Positions 39,521 through 52,927 of a DNA stretch of 64,000 nucleotides are shown here, piece by piece. This DNA comes from Lama glama (Eukaryota): assembly GCA_028534125.1 (NCBI GenBank), contig CM052816.1, positions 48,176,001 to 48,240,000 on the forward strand. Direction: 5' to 3'. Numbering within the stretch: position 1 is the stretch's first letter; each line of letters begins with the position of its first letter. The position numbers and the translations under genes are program-made. Under the pieces are notes generated by a model. It did no database searches, had not been told where the DNA came from, and saw nothing but the letters and a program-made list of their open reading frames with translations.

Positions 39521-41623
39521 AAAATTTAATTTTCTATCGTGTAGGACTTGTAACTAATTTAGATTACTTTACACTTAGTTTAGATTATTTACATTTCAAT
39601 TTCTTGAATTTATTCAATATATTGCTTTACTTTCTTCAGATTTAATATACCACATTGCTGTACATTCTTTTGGGAATGAGAGAGGAATTGAAGCTAAGGG
39701 TGGCAAGTAAGAAACCCAAACAATCACTTTTCCTGGCTTTGGAGCATTATTCTATTGGGCTCTGATCTTTGTAGCTTTAACATTACTACAAATCACAGTA
39801 CCAGTGGATACCAATATGTGTTATGAAAATGATGATCTGTAATTAAGCATTTTAATTGAGAAATTAAAAAACAAAACATGGTAAGTCTGAGCTTTAGTAT
39901 GTTACAATTGTAAATCTTAAGAGGATTTTCTTTTCAATAAATTTTGAGGAGATTCATTCCAGATTTTTTAAAAAAATTTCTTTTGAGACAGTTCTTCCAT
40001 TGAAATCACTTGGGAAAACCCAGTTTTATAGAATTACCATTACATGACGATACCTTGAAATTTGCTATCAAGAGAAGCAGTGAGAACAAAAAGCAAAAGG
40101 AACTAAGAGTTGCAGCCTTAAGTTTCCTTCCTTATAAGGTAACATAATTTTTGTGTCTAAAAAGAAAGCCTTGTGATTTTTTAAAAGCATCTGTGGCTGT
40201 AAGTTACTGAGACTAATTATTATTATTTTATTATTTTTACCAAGTGTGCCAACGCACTGCTGGGAATTTAACACTAAGAGCGGTTTAATTGTGGATCTAT
40301 TTTCAATGACCTGCTTTTTTTTTTTTGAAGAAAACCCCACCCAGGGCTCAGTGTATTAGGTAGTAAGAAATCTATTTGTACTTGCTTTGATCTTGCTATC
40401 TTCAAACCCTCTAATCACACTACCTTCTAAGGATTGATCACTTTTACAAGGCTGAGCTTGTAAACTCTTTAAACCTATCTGCAACAGATGAAAATAAAAG
40501 ACTGCCATTTCAAGTGGACACTCTTCATTCCGCTTCAGCTGAACTTCTATGACTGTTATTTTACCTTGGTGATTTTTTATAAGTTATATTGCTGACAGTT
40601 TTGAGTCAACTTTAGGAAAAGCTTATTTTACTTAACTAATTTATGGAAAATACGAGGTTAACTTAAACCCTAGAACTTTATTTCAAATAGTATTTTCAAA
40701 AAAATGAGAAAATTTATATTTGTACATCTCACTCAACAAGTAAAATTTTTAACTATACTTTTTTTTGGAGCTATAAGGTCTGTAATTTATGATGAACTTA
40801 TTAATGTCATAAATATTTATCAGATGGTATGGAGAGTCTAAAGCCCAATTTTCAAATTGCACACTCAAAAGGGCTGCAAAACAAACAAACAGAAATCCAG
40901 AAAACTAACTTCCCTAACCATGCCCAGAAAACCTGCTGGTGAATAGATAGAACAAACATTCAATTGCCTTTTTAAGCACATGTATATGCTTTTTTTTATG
41001 GTTATTGTATATGGTATTTAAGCTCAGAATCTTGATTTCTCAGTACATAGAAACAAAATCTGTTTCTCAGAGGCAAATTCTTACTACCCAAGTTTGTGAA
41101 TTGCTTTGTAAAATTAATAATTAGATGTGTGTTTTTTATACTGGGGAATGAGTTATATCTCCACATTAGCTCATTTTCTCTCCATGAAGAAATAAGAAGA
41201 AATCAAAAGTTATCAAATGATATATTAACTTACAATGAGAAATGATTTTCAAATAATAGACATACTCTAGGTCTATACAACAGATGACAAATATGTTCTT
41301 TCCTGTAGGAAGGCTATAGAGGGCATGATATTAGAAAAATGAGAGAAAATTACATGATAAAATCTAAAAACATGCTAAAATAGCCTGATTCATCCATCTT
41401 AGCCTATGAATGACCAAATATCTTCCATGTTTACAATGACTCAGATGTTTCTACGCAAGAAAACTGATCTTAACAATTGGGCCAGAGTATCTGAATTCTG
41501 TTAAATGAGCCACCTCTCCATAGAAAACTGAGAGAATAGGTACCATCAACATTGACTTCTATGACTATTTGGTTTTCCATGATTCAGCAAAACCTTCTCA
41601 GCTAGTATGTGATTAAAATTCTC

Positions 41624-41923
41624 TTGATTTGCATTTCCCTGTTAATTAGTGATGTTGAGCTTCTTTCATATATCTGTTGGCCATTTGTCTGTCTCATGGA
41701 CAAAAATGACTATCCTTTGCCCACTTTTAATTGGATTTTTCTATTTTTTTTTCTTTTTTTGCTATTGAGTTGTATGAGTTCTTTATATATTTTGGATGTT
41801 ACCCTTAATTGGATATGTTAGTACAAATATTTTCTCCCATTTCTTGGGTTGCTTTTCACTCTATTCATCATTTCCTTTGCTGTACAGAGGCAAGTTTGAT
41901 GTAGTCCCACTTGCTTATATTTT
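41624..41923 (-). mobile_element. Inverted 5' segment of an L1MA9-like element
   Basis: TTGATTTGCATTTCCCTG...TGTTGGCCATTTGT...TTGAGTTGTATGAGTTCTTTATATATTTTGGAT is antisense ORF2. Confidence 0.92.
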
Positions 41924-41924
41924 C

Positions 41925-42782
41925 TATCACTTTACACTTGTTAAGATAGCTATTACCAAAAAGTCAAAAATCAGAAGAGAACAAGTGTTGGTGGGGATGT
42001 GGAGAAAAGGGAACCCTTGCATACTGTTGGTGGAAATGTAAATTGGTACAGCCAATATGGAAAACAGTATGAATGTTCTTCTAAAAATTAAAAATAGAAC
42101 TGCCACATAATCTAGCAATCTTACTTCTGGGCATATAATCAAAGGAAATAAAATCACTATCTCCAAGAGATATCTGCACCCACTGCATCATTATTTGCAG
42201 TAGTCAACATATGAAAACAACCTAAATGTCCATCAACAAACAGATGAATTAATAAATAAAATGTGACATATATACACAATAGAATATTATTCAGCTGTAA
42301 AAAAGAATGGGATGCTGACATCTGCAACAACATGGATGGATCTGGAGGATATTATGTTAGGTAAAATAAGCCAGACACAGAAAGATAAGTATTGTATTAG
42401 TCACTTATATATGCAATCTAAAAAGTAGAACTCACAGTAAGAATGAATAGAATGGTGGTCATCAGGGGTTGAGATGGGGAAATGGGAAGATGTTGGTCAA
42501 AGGGTACAGCCTTTCAGTTAAAAGAAATAAAGGAGGCCTAATGTACAGCATGGTGACTATAGTTAATAGTAATGTATTCTTGAAATTTGTTACGTGAGTA
42601 GTTCTCAGCGGTTCTTACACACACACACAAAAGGGTAACTATGTGAGATGAATATGTTATTAGTTTGAGATGATAGTTCACACTGTATATGTATATCAAA
42701 ACATCACATTATATACATCTTAAATATATATAATTTTTATTTGTCAATCATACCTCAATAAAGCTGGACAAAATAATAAAAA
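41925..42782 (+). mobile_element. L1MA9-like ORF2 end, 3' UTR and A-rich tail
   Basis: GTGGAGAAAAGGGAACCCT...; 3' UTR ATGTACAGCATGGTGACTATAGTTAATA...TTGTCAATCATACCTCAATAAAGCTGG followed by an A-rich tail. Confidence 0.93.
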
Positions 42783-42892
42783 GAACCTGGGATCAGCCAG
42801 CTAACTGATTCCTTCGAGTCTGTGAATTTAAAATTATGCACTTAAAAATTCACATATACACTTAACACACATGTGCACCTGCACACACATTT

Positions 42893-43597
42893 ATATATGC
42901 ATATATATTTTTTTCTTATATTGAAGTATAGTCAGTTTACAATGTTGTGTAAGTTTCTGGTGCACAGCATAATGCTTTAGTCATACATGAACATACATAT
43001 ATTAGTTTTCATATTATTTTTCACCATAATTACTACAAGATATTTAATATAGTCTTCTGTGTTATACAGTGTGAACTTATTGTTTATCTAATTTTATATA
43101 TATTAGTATCTGCAAATTTTGTACTCCCAATTTATCCCTTCCTACATCCATACCCTGGTAACCATAAATTTGTTTTCTATGTCTGTGAGTCTGTTTCTAT
43201 TTTGTAAATAAGTTTGGCCTTTTTTTAGATTCCACATATAAGTGTTACCATATGGTATTTTTCTTTCTCTTTCTAGCTTACTTCACTTAGAATGACAGTC
43301 TCCAGATCCATCCATGTTGCTGCAAATGGCATTATTTTATTCTTTTTTTATGGCTGAGTAGCATTCCATCATATAACTATACCACAACTTCTTTATCTAG
43401 TCATCTGTCGATGGACATGTACGTTGTTTCTGTGTCTTGGCTATTGCAAATAGTGCTGCTATGAACATTGGGGTGCATGTATCTTTTTGAATTAAGGTTC
43501 CCTCTGGGTATATGCCCAGGAATGGGATTGCTGGGTCATATAGTAAGTCTACTTTTAGTCTTTTGAGGAATCTCCATACTGTTTTCCATAATGGCTG
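42893..43597 (-). mobile_element. Young camelid-type L1, 5'-truncated (about 700 bp)
   Basis: ORF 43397-43603 QPLWKTVWRFLKRLKVDLLYDPAIPFLGIYP...DTCTPMFIAALFAIAKT is the L1 ORF2 C-terminus. Probable TSD CTGCACACACATTT (42879-42892) / CTGCAAAACACATTT (43598-43612). Confidence 0.95.
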
Positions 43598-43629
43598 CTG
43601 CAAAACACATTTGTTTTATTTTAAAATAT

Positions 43630-43850
43630 GGCTTCAGAAGGTTTTTGGATTCCTTGAATACTATGTATTTCTGCAGCCTTCATATCATCTGGTACAGTAC
43701 TGAATACATTGTAGGTGCTAAAAAATTTGTTTATTTATTCATATCACAAATATTTGTTAATTATCTATGTTCCAGACAGGGTACTGGAAGCTAGGAATAT
43801 GAAGGAGAAACACATGTACCATGATCTCATGAAGCTTTCTGTCTAGTAAG
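43630..43850. mobile_element. L2 3' end fragments, apparently tail-to-tail
   Basis: TGTAGGTGCTAAAAAATTTG (+) is followed by ACAAATATTTGTTAATTATCTATGTTCCAGACA...GATCTCATGAAGCTTTCTGTCTAGT (-). Confidence 0.55.
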
Positions 43851-46800
43851 AGTATTAGAATTTGCTGAGAATATCATCCAGCACATTTTTTAAGTAATGA
43901 AAAAAAATGAGTCAAACACTTTTTCCAAGTTATTAGGGAAAACACTGGAATTGTGTGTTTCAACTGAAACTGTATTACAACTACTGAATTAATCTGTATA
44001 ATGTACATTTTGCTTTAACTTCACAGGACTGCATGTAATGCTTATATTTTGTATTCAGCTTATAAAGATAGCAGTAGTTTCTAAAGTCCATTTGGCCCTT
44101 TCTGATATGAAGGTTCATTCTGAACACCCTAGCTAATTTCTTAATATTTCACTTTCAGATATCTATTTATTTGAGGCATAGTTCAAATCTGTTTATATGC
44201 ATTTTGATCAGGACTACTGACACAACCATATACTAAAGATTAGATCAATCTTTAGTCCCAGACATTTGAGCCTTATCATATGAAATGCTTTTAGCATTTA
44301 TACTTCCTTTTGAGGAATAGGTTAAATTTAAATGCACATGTCACTTGAAAGATCCTAAACTACATAGAGAAAATCAAGTTAAGAATACATTTGAAATAGG
44401 AATCTGTATAGAAAGTTCTATTTAAGAAAAAATAAAATGCTTGGAAGGTGATAAACTAAAGAGAGCAATCAGTTACTAAACATGGAATATTCCCAAAATA
44501 TATTAAAACACATGAGTACTAAATTTTTCCCTACCAATGTTCTTCGTGTTAATTTGGAGAAAAAAACAACAACTTTTTCCTTGGTGAAATAAGTTAATTC
44601 TTCAGTTCTTCAAATGCATTACATTAGATTGATCAGTTCTTCATAGAGGAGGATTACATGATTGTTACGTAAGATAAAAACAGATTTTGATTTACTTTTC
44701 CTTGTTCTCAACTAATTACCTTTTTATTTGACAATATAGTTCAATACAGAGCTCAATGAATTAACTTCAAAAATAAAACAAAACAAAATAATAAATAAAA
44801 CAAAACAAAAATGTACTGATAATCTGATAGTCCTTTAACTTTGGTAATGATCTTGTATTCCAATTCATAATTTTGTCTTTAAGAAGATACTGTCTTAGAT
44901 TAACTGAAAATAAGTAAATGGTTGCAGCTGTCAAAGAAGATAGAGTCAATAAGAATTATAATTTATTTGAATAAATACTAAATAAATTATCAGATTTTTT
45001 TTACCTTTATTATCAGATATTTTAAATTCCTAGTCAATAAGTTATGAATCACTGGATCCCTTGCCTTATCAATCTGTATTCTTTGGTTATTCTACTTCAA
45101 CTTTATTTACTAAGCATGATGGCACTGATCACTAGTTACTAAAATAAACTCTCCCCTTAGCAGATGAGAGGTGATCTGTTAGAGTAAAGCTACTAAGAGC
45201 TGAAATGGACAGATATTAAAATGTGAGGCAAAATATTCCCTGCCTAAAATTTTGACAGCTGAAAAGGACTAGGTAAGCAATAGTAAAAGAGATCATGGAG
45301 TGGATTTAAACAGAGACAAGGAAAAATGTATAGATAGGGGTAGAAACCCAGGATATCAGACTTGCAGTGTCAATTTTCAGTTTGGGAAACTGAAAAATAT
45401 TAAACTATGCATCATAATATCAACTTGATTTTGGTGGTGCTCACACACTGAACACACAAAATACCAAAGCACAATAATGTTAAATGTAAATATAAGAACA
45501 TAATATGTTTTTGAATTATTTCTATAATTAATTTCACTTATTCAATTTCTTTGTATAACAAAGAGAAAGCTTTTATGAGAAATTACTTCTTCCATAATTA
45601 GTCCACATTGTGAGATCTCGATGCATACTAGGCTTAGTTACATGAATATTCTTGAAGAGCGCTGGCTGAGCTTGGTTACATAGGAGGGATTTCTACGGAT
45701 GTGCATTTGGAAACAAAAATTTCTGGAATTAGAAACATATTTTAGATGTATATTTCTTTAATTCTCTTTCAGAATTAGATTGAATGATAAAATATATAAT
45801 AAAAACAGTTTAGTCTTTTGTGGCATTTTTTAAAAAGATTGAAATAAGTAGATAGGTTCTACTCATTTTACCATAAGATCAGTTTAATTTCTTAATGCAG
45901 GAGCATATAATTGTGCAGAGATACCATATCACCTAGTTATATTTTGCTAGTTCACTATTTAATCAATGACTACTATTAACAAGTGAAAACTAAAAGTTAT
46001 AAAAGCTGAAAGTTTTTTGCCTTTGAGCATGAAACATTTTCATAACATTTTCCATCATTTCACAGTTTAGTTAGTCATTAAAGATATCAGTTCATTTCTC
46101 ACTAGGTAGGAGATTCCTATTTTTATATATTTGAACCTAAATTTATATTAATCTATATTAAAATAATGTAGTATAGATCCCCATATGACCACTGTATGGA
46201 GAGTTTTCAAAACATTCTATTCCAGGAGAATACGTATGTTTAGAAAAGCTTTCAACATGGCTTGTCTCTAAGGGTTACTAGAGAATGCTTCACATAAACT
46301 GTGATGAATAGCCAGGCATCTAATTATGCAGGAAACAATGCAAAATTAGCATGATTATACTAGCTAGGATAATCATTATCTCCCTTGCCTGATTAAAATT
46401 TGACATTTTATAGATTAATTTATTTCTTAATCTATTCAATTGTTCAAGTAACTTTTCCAGACATATTATAATTTTCTTTCTCTCTTCAGTGTTTGTTGTC
46501 TACTTTATTCTATAACAAGTAAAAAAAAAATGCTGTTAACCTCTTCAAAATACAAATGAATAGTTAGAAAATGTGTTATTTTAAATTTAACATAATATAA
46601 AGGATGATATAAATTTAGAAGCATTTTGTTTTTTGGTGAGACTGGAATTACTGAATATATGTCAGTCCTCCTGTCATATTTATTTTTGGTTCTTTAAATC
46701 ATAATGCTATATAACTTTGTAGTATACTTCATGTTTGAATAAGTTCATTGTTTTTAAATTAAAACAAAGTTTACAGTTGTAATTGGGATTTTATTAAATA

Positions 46801-49800
46801 ATGATACCAAAAAACAACCTGGTACTGCAAGAAAGGAAGCTAGATTAAAACAAATTTGATTTGATGATCAGTTTGCCACTATTTGGCTTTAAGCTGATTC
46901 TGCCATTTTAATTTCACAGTGTGTAAATGTTCCAAATATTGCTTATCCTCTTTGAAAGTTAGTAACTGACTTTTGGTTAAAAATAGAAAACTACTATACA
47001 TTAATTAGACAAACATGTCATTTTAAAGTTCTAATCCAGAGAAGACATTGTCCTTGTTGATAATTAATTTAATTAATAAATGACTTATTAAAATTTAACA
47101 AGAGTATCCCTTTGAAGATACTTCACTTTTTTTGCCTTTTCACAGCTTATCACACCAAACCAAAAATTCTCCAAACAGTAATCAGTTTTGTTTTTTATTT
47201 ACCCAAGAAAGTCTATCTTCTTTACTGAATTTCAATTGCTTCTAAATTTGCAATGTATTGTTACATAACAATATGTAAAAATGCTTTGACATGTCTATAT
47301 TACTATATATGGATGTATTATTATTAGAATACTCTTTATAAATCAAGGCCTGAATATTTCCTGTGAAATATTTCCTTTATGTTACCTCCAGTTTGTTAAT
47401 TTTCTGAACCCTTCCCTCAGTTTCCTTCTTCCTGCATTCGGCTTTCTCTTTTATTCCTTATCTTCACTTTTTCCCTTCAATCTCCCTAGTTACACAGCAC
47501 ATCATGGTGCTGGGTCTAAAACTGCAAAATATTTGATGTAGATTTTCAAAATTTTTATAGAAGTTGTAAGCATTTCATGCTAAATTGTTTTCTATATATA
47601 TATTCAGGAACTTAATTATACAGGAAAAAATGCAAAATTATTATCTATATTATATAATTATATATTATTATAGTATTTATATATGAAGAGAAAGAGAGGG
47701 AGAGAGAATGAACATTATTATTTTCTATTTTGATGTTCTCATTTCTTCTTCCCACAATATTTTGTTGACCTTATCTTTAAGATTAAGCATATTAAAAGTT
47801 TTTAAACTTTTTTGAACTTAATCAGAAACTCAAATCCTAACTGCTTTATTTATTTTATAATTCTTCACCCACTATGTGTTAAGATGTTCCTTAATCAAAA
47901 CTCATAACGAGTGTTTAAAAATGGCTGAATAAATAGAAGTTGATAGTTCTTTTGCTGCAGGGTGCATCTTCAAAGGATAGTGCATGACAATAAAAAACAT
48001 TTTAGAACCAGGGATGGTGAGCTAGGGGATTAAGGCTCACTTCACCTGGAGCTCTTTGGTATGCTAATATGAAACTTGCTTTCCAGATGGCTGGTGAGTG
48101 ACAAGATTTTGCTTAAGATGATAGAAAAAAGGATCATTTTGTGGTAGCTATGGGAGACTATCACTGTCCAGTGATGTTGGGAAATGCTGTAGGGTTTACC
48201 TATTTTTTCATAGCTTTGTAAGACTCTAGAATATTAAATTTTCCATTAAAATAAAAAATTCTTAATATTTGTTTTTTCTTTATTTGAATTATGCTAATAA
48301 TGTACTCAGATCTTCTATTTTTTTCTTATATTTTTGTAGACATAGCCAAAACTTTTGTCTTGCTAGAAAAACTGAAGTGAGCAATTTTGTATGTATTTTT
48401 AAGACATCATAGATTGAATTATATTTTGGAGGTTTCTATCTCTGGCATTTCCCCAAAGATTATGACTTTATATTTCTACAGGTATTAAGTAACCAGTTGG
48501 TAGGATTTTATCTCAAATAAAGGCAAGCAGACTTAGCAAGATCTTTTTACACATCAGTTTAGAAACAAATTTTTGCTCTAGATGTCTTTGATTCAAGTTA
48601 TTAATTTTATACTCAATAATTAGACATATATATGGTCTCCAGATAAACAACTGTTCTGTATGGAGATTGTTGAAAATACACTTGAAGTACTTTTATTAGG
48701 TATCAGTACCGCACTTGGTAAGTGTCACATTCAGCATCACTTATCAAGACAGTCTTTCACTTGTCACAAAGGATGGTTTAAATATGCGTTAACTCATGAT
48801 TTACACAAATTAATGTTCTAAAGAGGCTGTATTTCTTAATACAACTGATTCTTTCCACTGATAAACCATTCTTTATGTAGATGATTTTTATTCAAGAACA
48901 TATTGGTGGGCAATTGGAATTGTCATAAAAGTTAATTTAGATAGTGAAAGCACAAGAAGATATAGAAAAAGAAGAGAAGTCTATCACTTGACCTAATATA
49001 GTTTTCTGCAATTGGTTGTAATATTAGGAATATCACTTTGTATGAATTTTAGCTTTATACAGTGAGAGTCATTTCATTATATTTAAATTTCATATTTTAC
49101 ACATTTGTGCACTTGTAATAATTTCACAGATACAGGTCAAATCAGAATTACAGATACATAGGGACTCATAAGTGCATCAAAATGAGGAAACAAGGCAGGT
49201 ACCAACTTTGATTACAAATGTATTCTTCTAGAGATTGTACTAGCTATCTCTCAGTTTTAAAGATCTTATGAAGGAAACACACAGCCAGATAAGCCCATGG
49301 TATATTTTCTAGATAGTTTACTCATGCAGGGACCTGCAATTCAATGATATTGCTTGATGCTGATATCCTGGCTCAGATCACTTTTAATTTTTTTAATTGA
49401 ATGTTTTTCAGCAACAATCCAATGACTTAATACATGATTCAGCATTGCTTGAATAAACCACAATTATCTTTGCTATCATCTTGTTTTATAATATTTTGCT
49501 TTTCATATTCAGTAATGAATTGCTATAATTTCTCTCATAACTAGATTTTTTGACCAGATAATATGTGTTTTATATCTATCTAGTATAAGTTTACAGTAGC
49601 CATTGTATTCAACTATAGTGGAAAAATACATTTAGTATGTTGATAATCATAAATTTTTTTATACATGTGTAATTATTTATATTTTTTGAAAAAATTGGGA
49701 CATACAACTTAATGACATCTCTTTAAAAAAGTCTGCATCTCTTCTCTGAACTTAAATTATTTGTTCCCTATCATGTATTTTATGAAGACTAGTCAGGAAA

Positions 49801-49883
49801 CAAGATTAGAAAATATCTTTTTTCTAAGATGAAAAGTTGATGATAAATAGGATTGAGATTTGGGAATCAAGAATACTACCTAC

Positions 49884-50133
49884 TGTTAATTCCAGCCCTA
49901 TTCACAGTAGCTAAGAAATGGAAAATACCTCAATGTACATCAATAGACAAAAGAATAAAGAAAATGTGGTATAAATAACCACAAAAAATGGTAACTATGT
50001 AAGTGATAAATATGTTCATTAGACTGAGGATGGTAATCCTTTCACAATCTATATGTATATCAAAACCTCACATGTAAACCTTAAATATATATAATTTAAT
50101 TTGTCAATAATACTTTAATAAAGCTGGAAAAAA
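49884..50133 (+). mobile_element. L1MA9-like 3' end with a large internal deletion
   Basis: CTATTCACAGTAGCTAAG...AAGAAAATGTGGTATA is joined to ACAAAAAATGGTAACTATGT...AATAAAGCTGGAAAAAA. Confidence 0.88.
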
Positions 50134-50184
50134 TGAAGAAAATATTATCAAATATATTTTTTAAATACTTCCTTCACCATAATT

Positions 50185-50330
50185 TAAGCTGGAGAGTGCC
50201 TTTAGACTTCAATGCTAAGCCAGTTAGATATATGAATCTGAATTTAGGGCTAGATATGCATCAGTAAGTCATCATTGTATAGTGGGTAATTAAAGCCATG
50301 TAAATGGATGGGAATTTAAGAAAGAAGAAT
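50185..50330 (-). mobile_element. L2 fragment
   Basis: CAGTTAGATATATGAATCTG...GGGCTAGATAT...AGTCATCATTGTATAG...TAATTAAAGCCATG. Confidence 0.55.
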
Positions 50331-51289
50331 GTTTACTCAATGTATCACTATACACTATACATTTGAAATTCAATTAAAATAATAAGTTAACTCACCCTCA
50401 CAATGCCTCTATCCCCAAAATGGAGGTAATCTGGGGTAAATAATTAATTTTATTAGCAAGTTTTTTTCTCTGTTTCTTTTCAACTAATTCCTCTTATAAG
50501 CTTGAGTGTGATACACTGGAAAGATACAACGTGGAAATGACTGCAAAGGAATGAGAGCATATGCTGAGATAGGATGGATCACAAAGAATAAGAACATTTT
50601 GGCTCAAGAGTCATGGAACAAACTATTAAGAAAAAGTGATTAATATAACTTTTTAAATCTGCGTAGTAAAAAATATAATAAATAAAATGAAAGGTAAAAA
50701 TTAAATAGTGAAAATATAACTCTTTTGAAGTTAACAGAAATAAATAAGAAAGAGGATAATGCATCAATAATTAAGTGAGAGACGTGGTGATGGATAAACA
50801 AAATATAACGGCTCTTCTTAAACATATGGATAAGAGAGGTCTGTCTATCTTATAAAAATCAGGAAATTTAAAGAATACTAATGAACAAATAAGCTTTTGC
50901 CTCCAAAATAAGCAAATGATTCTTAAAATCATAACACACTGGCAAAGTTAAGATAAGACTGGCATGCTTGCATATGATTGGCAACAGTGTAAACTGATAG
51001 AAAATTGAGTTCTTAAAGGCAATTAATCCAAAATTTTTAAATGCACATTCATTTATCCCATTGATTTTGCTTTTAGAAACTCATTTGAAAATAATTGCAA
51101 AGTATAATTTATACAGTGTGTTATCTAAAAAGTTATTCTAAATATTTTGGAAACAGGCAATCATAAATAACAGATTTGCCATTTCTAATAACATGTTAAA
51201 GTACTTATAACATGAAGTTAAAATCCCCAACAGTACAAGTCATCCATACAAAGTCATCTATAAGGCAGGAAAACCAAAATTAATTTCCT

Positions 51290-51492
51290 ATAGGAACTAA
51301 AATTGATATCTTGTAGTAACTTATGTTGAAAAAGAATATGAAAACTAATACATGTGTGTTCATGTATGACTGAAGCATTATGCTGTACACCAGAAGTTGA
51401 CACATTATAAACTGACTACACTTCAATAAAAAATATATATAAATATAAAATATATTTTAAAAAAAATATATATATACACAGAAAAAAAAGAA
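51290..51492 (+). mobile_element. Camelid-type L1 3' end with (TA)/A-rich tail
   Basis: ATATCTTGTAGTAACTTAT...GAAAAAGAATATGAAAA...GCATTATGCTGTACACCAGAAGTTGACACATTATAACTGACTACACTTCAATAAA. Confidence 0.9.
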
Positions 51493-52821
51493 AGTGGGAC
51501 TTTTGGTGTACAACTATAAAATTCCATTGTAAGTTTCTCTGTTTTACGTTTTAACAATTATTGGCATAAATTCAGCCATGCCTGTGAAATTGATAAGAAG
51601 TTAATGCTCTAAAAGACTAATAGTTAATATCTGATCATAAAATAAACACAATTTTTATTTTATACCTTATATTGTCAGCATTTTCCATACTTTCTTCAAT
51701 GACTATGTGCTGCTTTTAAAATTAAGAGTGTAACATTTATTTTTACTTTTAAATGGAAACAGAGAACACTATACTTGTCTCATTAAAGTCCATATAATGT
51801 TTGGGTGAACAGGTAGTATACACACTAACAGAAATACTGATACAGTGCCATGTGAATAGTGACATTTTAGCCAGTACTGAACAGAGATGCCCTAGGAGGA
51901 TGATCACAGTGGGGTGAATATAAGGTTTGTAGAGGAACTGTAATGATACATTTTTTAAAAATCAGTGTCTGTGACTTTCAATTTTGTGTTTTTATTCATT
52001 TTACAGTTGCTTTATTTAAGTGTTTATTTCCATGTTCTTTGGCTTTATTCTTCCAAAATTTATGAACATACAAGATTTCTGTTGAGTAACCAGGAGAACT
52101 GCAAGAAATAGTTTAAATTCACTAGGATAGGTTTGAATGTGTCTTTTCACATCAGGACTATTTAATTAAACATTATTTAAAGATTTTTTCCAGTTGCTGC
52201 TTTTGTTGCCTTTCTTTACTAAGAACAGTCATCAAACTTCTTCCCAAAAGACTATATAAATAATGAAGACTGTGAATTATAGAGTTATACTTGTTTGTAT
52301 GTTATTTAAAACAAACTTCATTGGGATAGTGATTCCAAAATTATTGTTTTGTGATTAAGCATCTAGATATGTTTATAGTTAACTATATTTAAATGAATTT
52401 ATAAAATAGTAGAATTGCTTTTTAAGCATTATGCGTCAATTTGATTTACTTTATATACCTTTTTTAGAATGTATTTATGAAATATAAACACCAATTTAAA
52501 TATGATTAAACAAAGGATGTTCATTATTTCTTTTTCTCTTTTTTTTTTAAATTTTTGGCTTGCTTTTATGGTAGACTTGTTTATGTCTAAGATAAATTTT
52601 ATGCTTGAGCATTTGAAATAAAGTCAAATAACACAAATTCTGATTTTAACTCTATTCTCTCAGAGTCATGTGATTTATCATTGGGTGCTTTATGGAACAA
52701 TATTCAGGAACAGATTTTATGAAGATGGAGGAGATTATGTCTATCTATAATCCTCATTTTGCATATGGCTCAAGTGTGTTTGCATATGTGTGGCAGGGAT
52801 GTTCTGGTAGATGTGATTGTA

Positions 52822-52927
52822 TTTTTTAATTTAAATATATGGATATACTTATGTAGGTAGTGGGTATTGAACCCAGGACCTCATGCATGCTAAACATGCA
52901 GTCTACCACCGAGCTGTACATTCACCC
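52822..52927 (-). mobile_element. tRNA-derived SINE, camelid Vic-1-like
   Basis: Minus strand GGGTGAATGTACAGCTCGGTGGTAGACTGCATGTTTAGCATGCATGAGGTCCTGGGTTCAATACCCAC carries Pol III A and B boxes and an A-rich tail. TSD TGTGATTGTA (52812-52821) / TGTGATTTTA (52931-52940). Confidence 0.88.

Noticed and set aside
39640..39706. 67-nt exon-like segment (TTTCTTCAG ... CAA|GTAAGA)
   Set aside because: Mediocre donor, unrecognised peptide and a stop in the frame that would follow the 18407 candidate.
44232..44256. Perfect 10-bp hairpin ACTAAAGATT/AATCTTTAGT
   Set aside because: A few such stems are expected by chance in 64 kb of AT-rich DNA; too short for a pre-miRNA.
52850..52927. tRNA-like sequence with A and B boxes
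   Set aside because: Has an A-rich tail and TSD and no intact cloverleaf; it is a SINE, not a tRNA gene.
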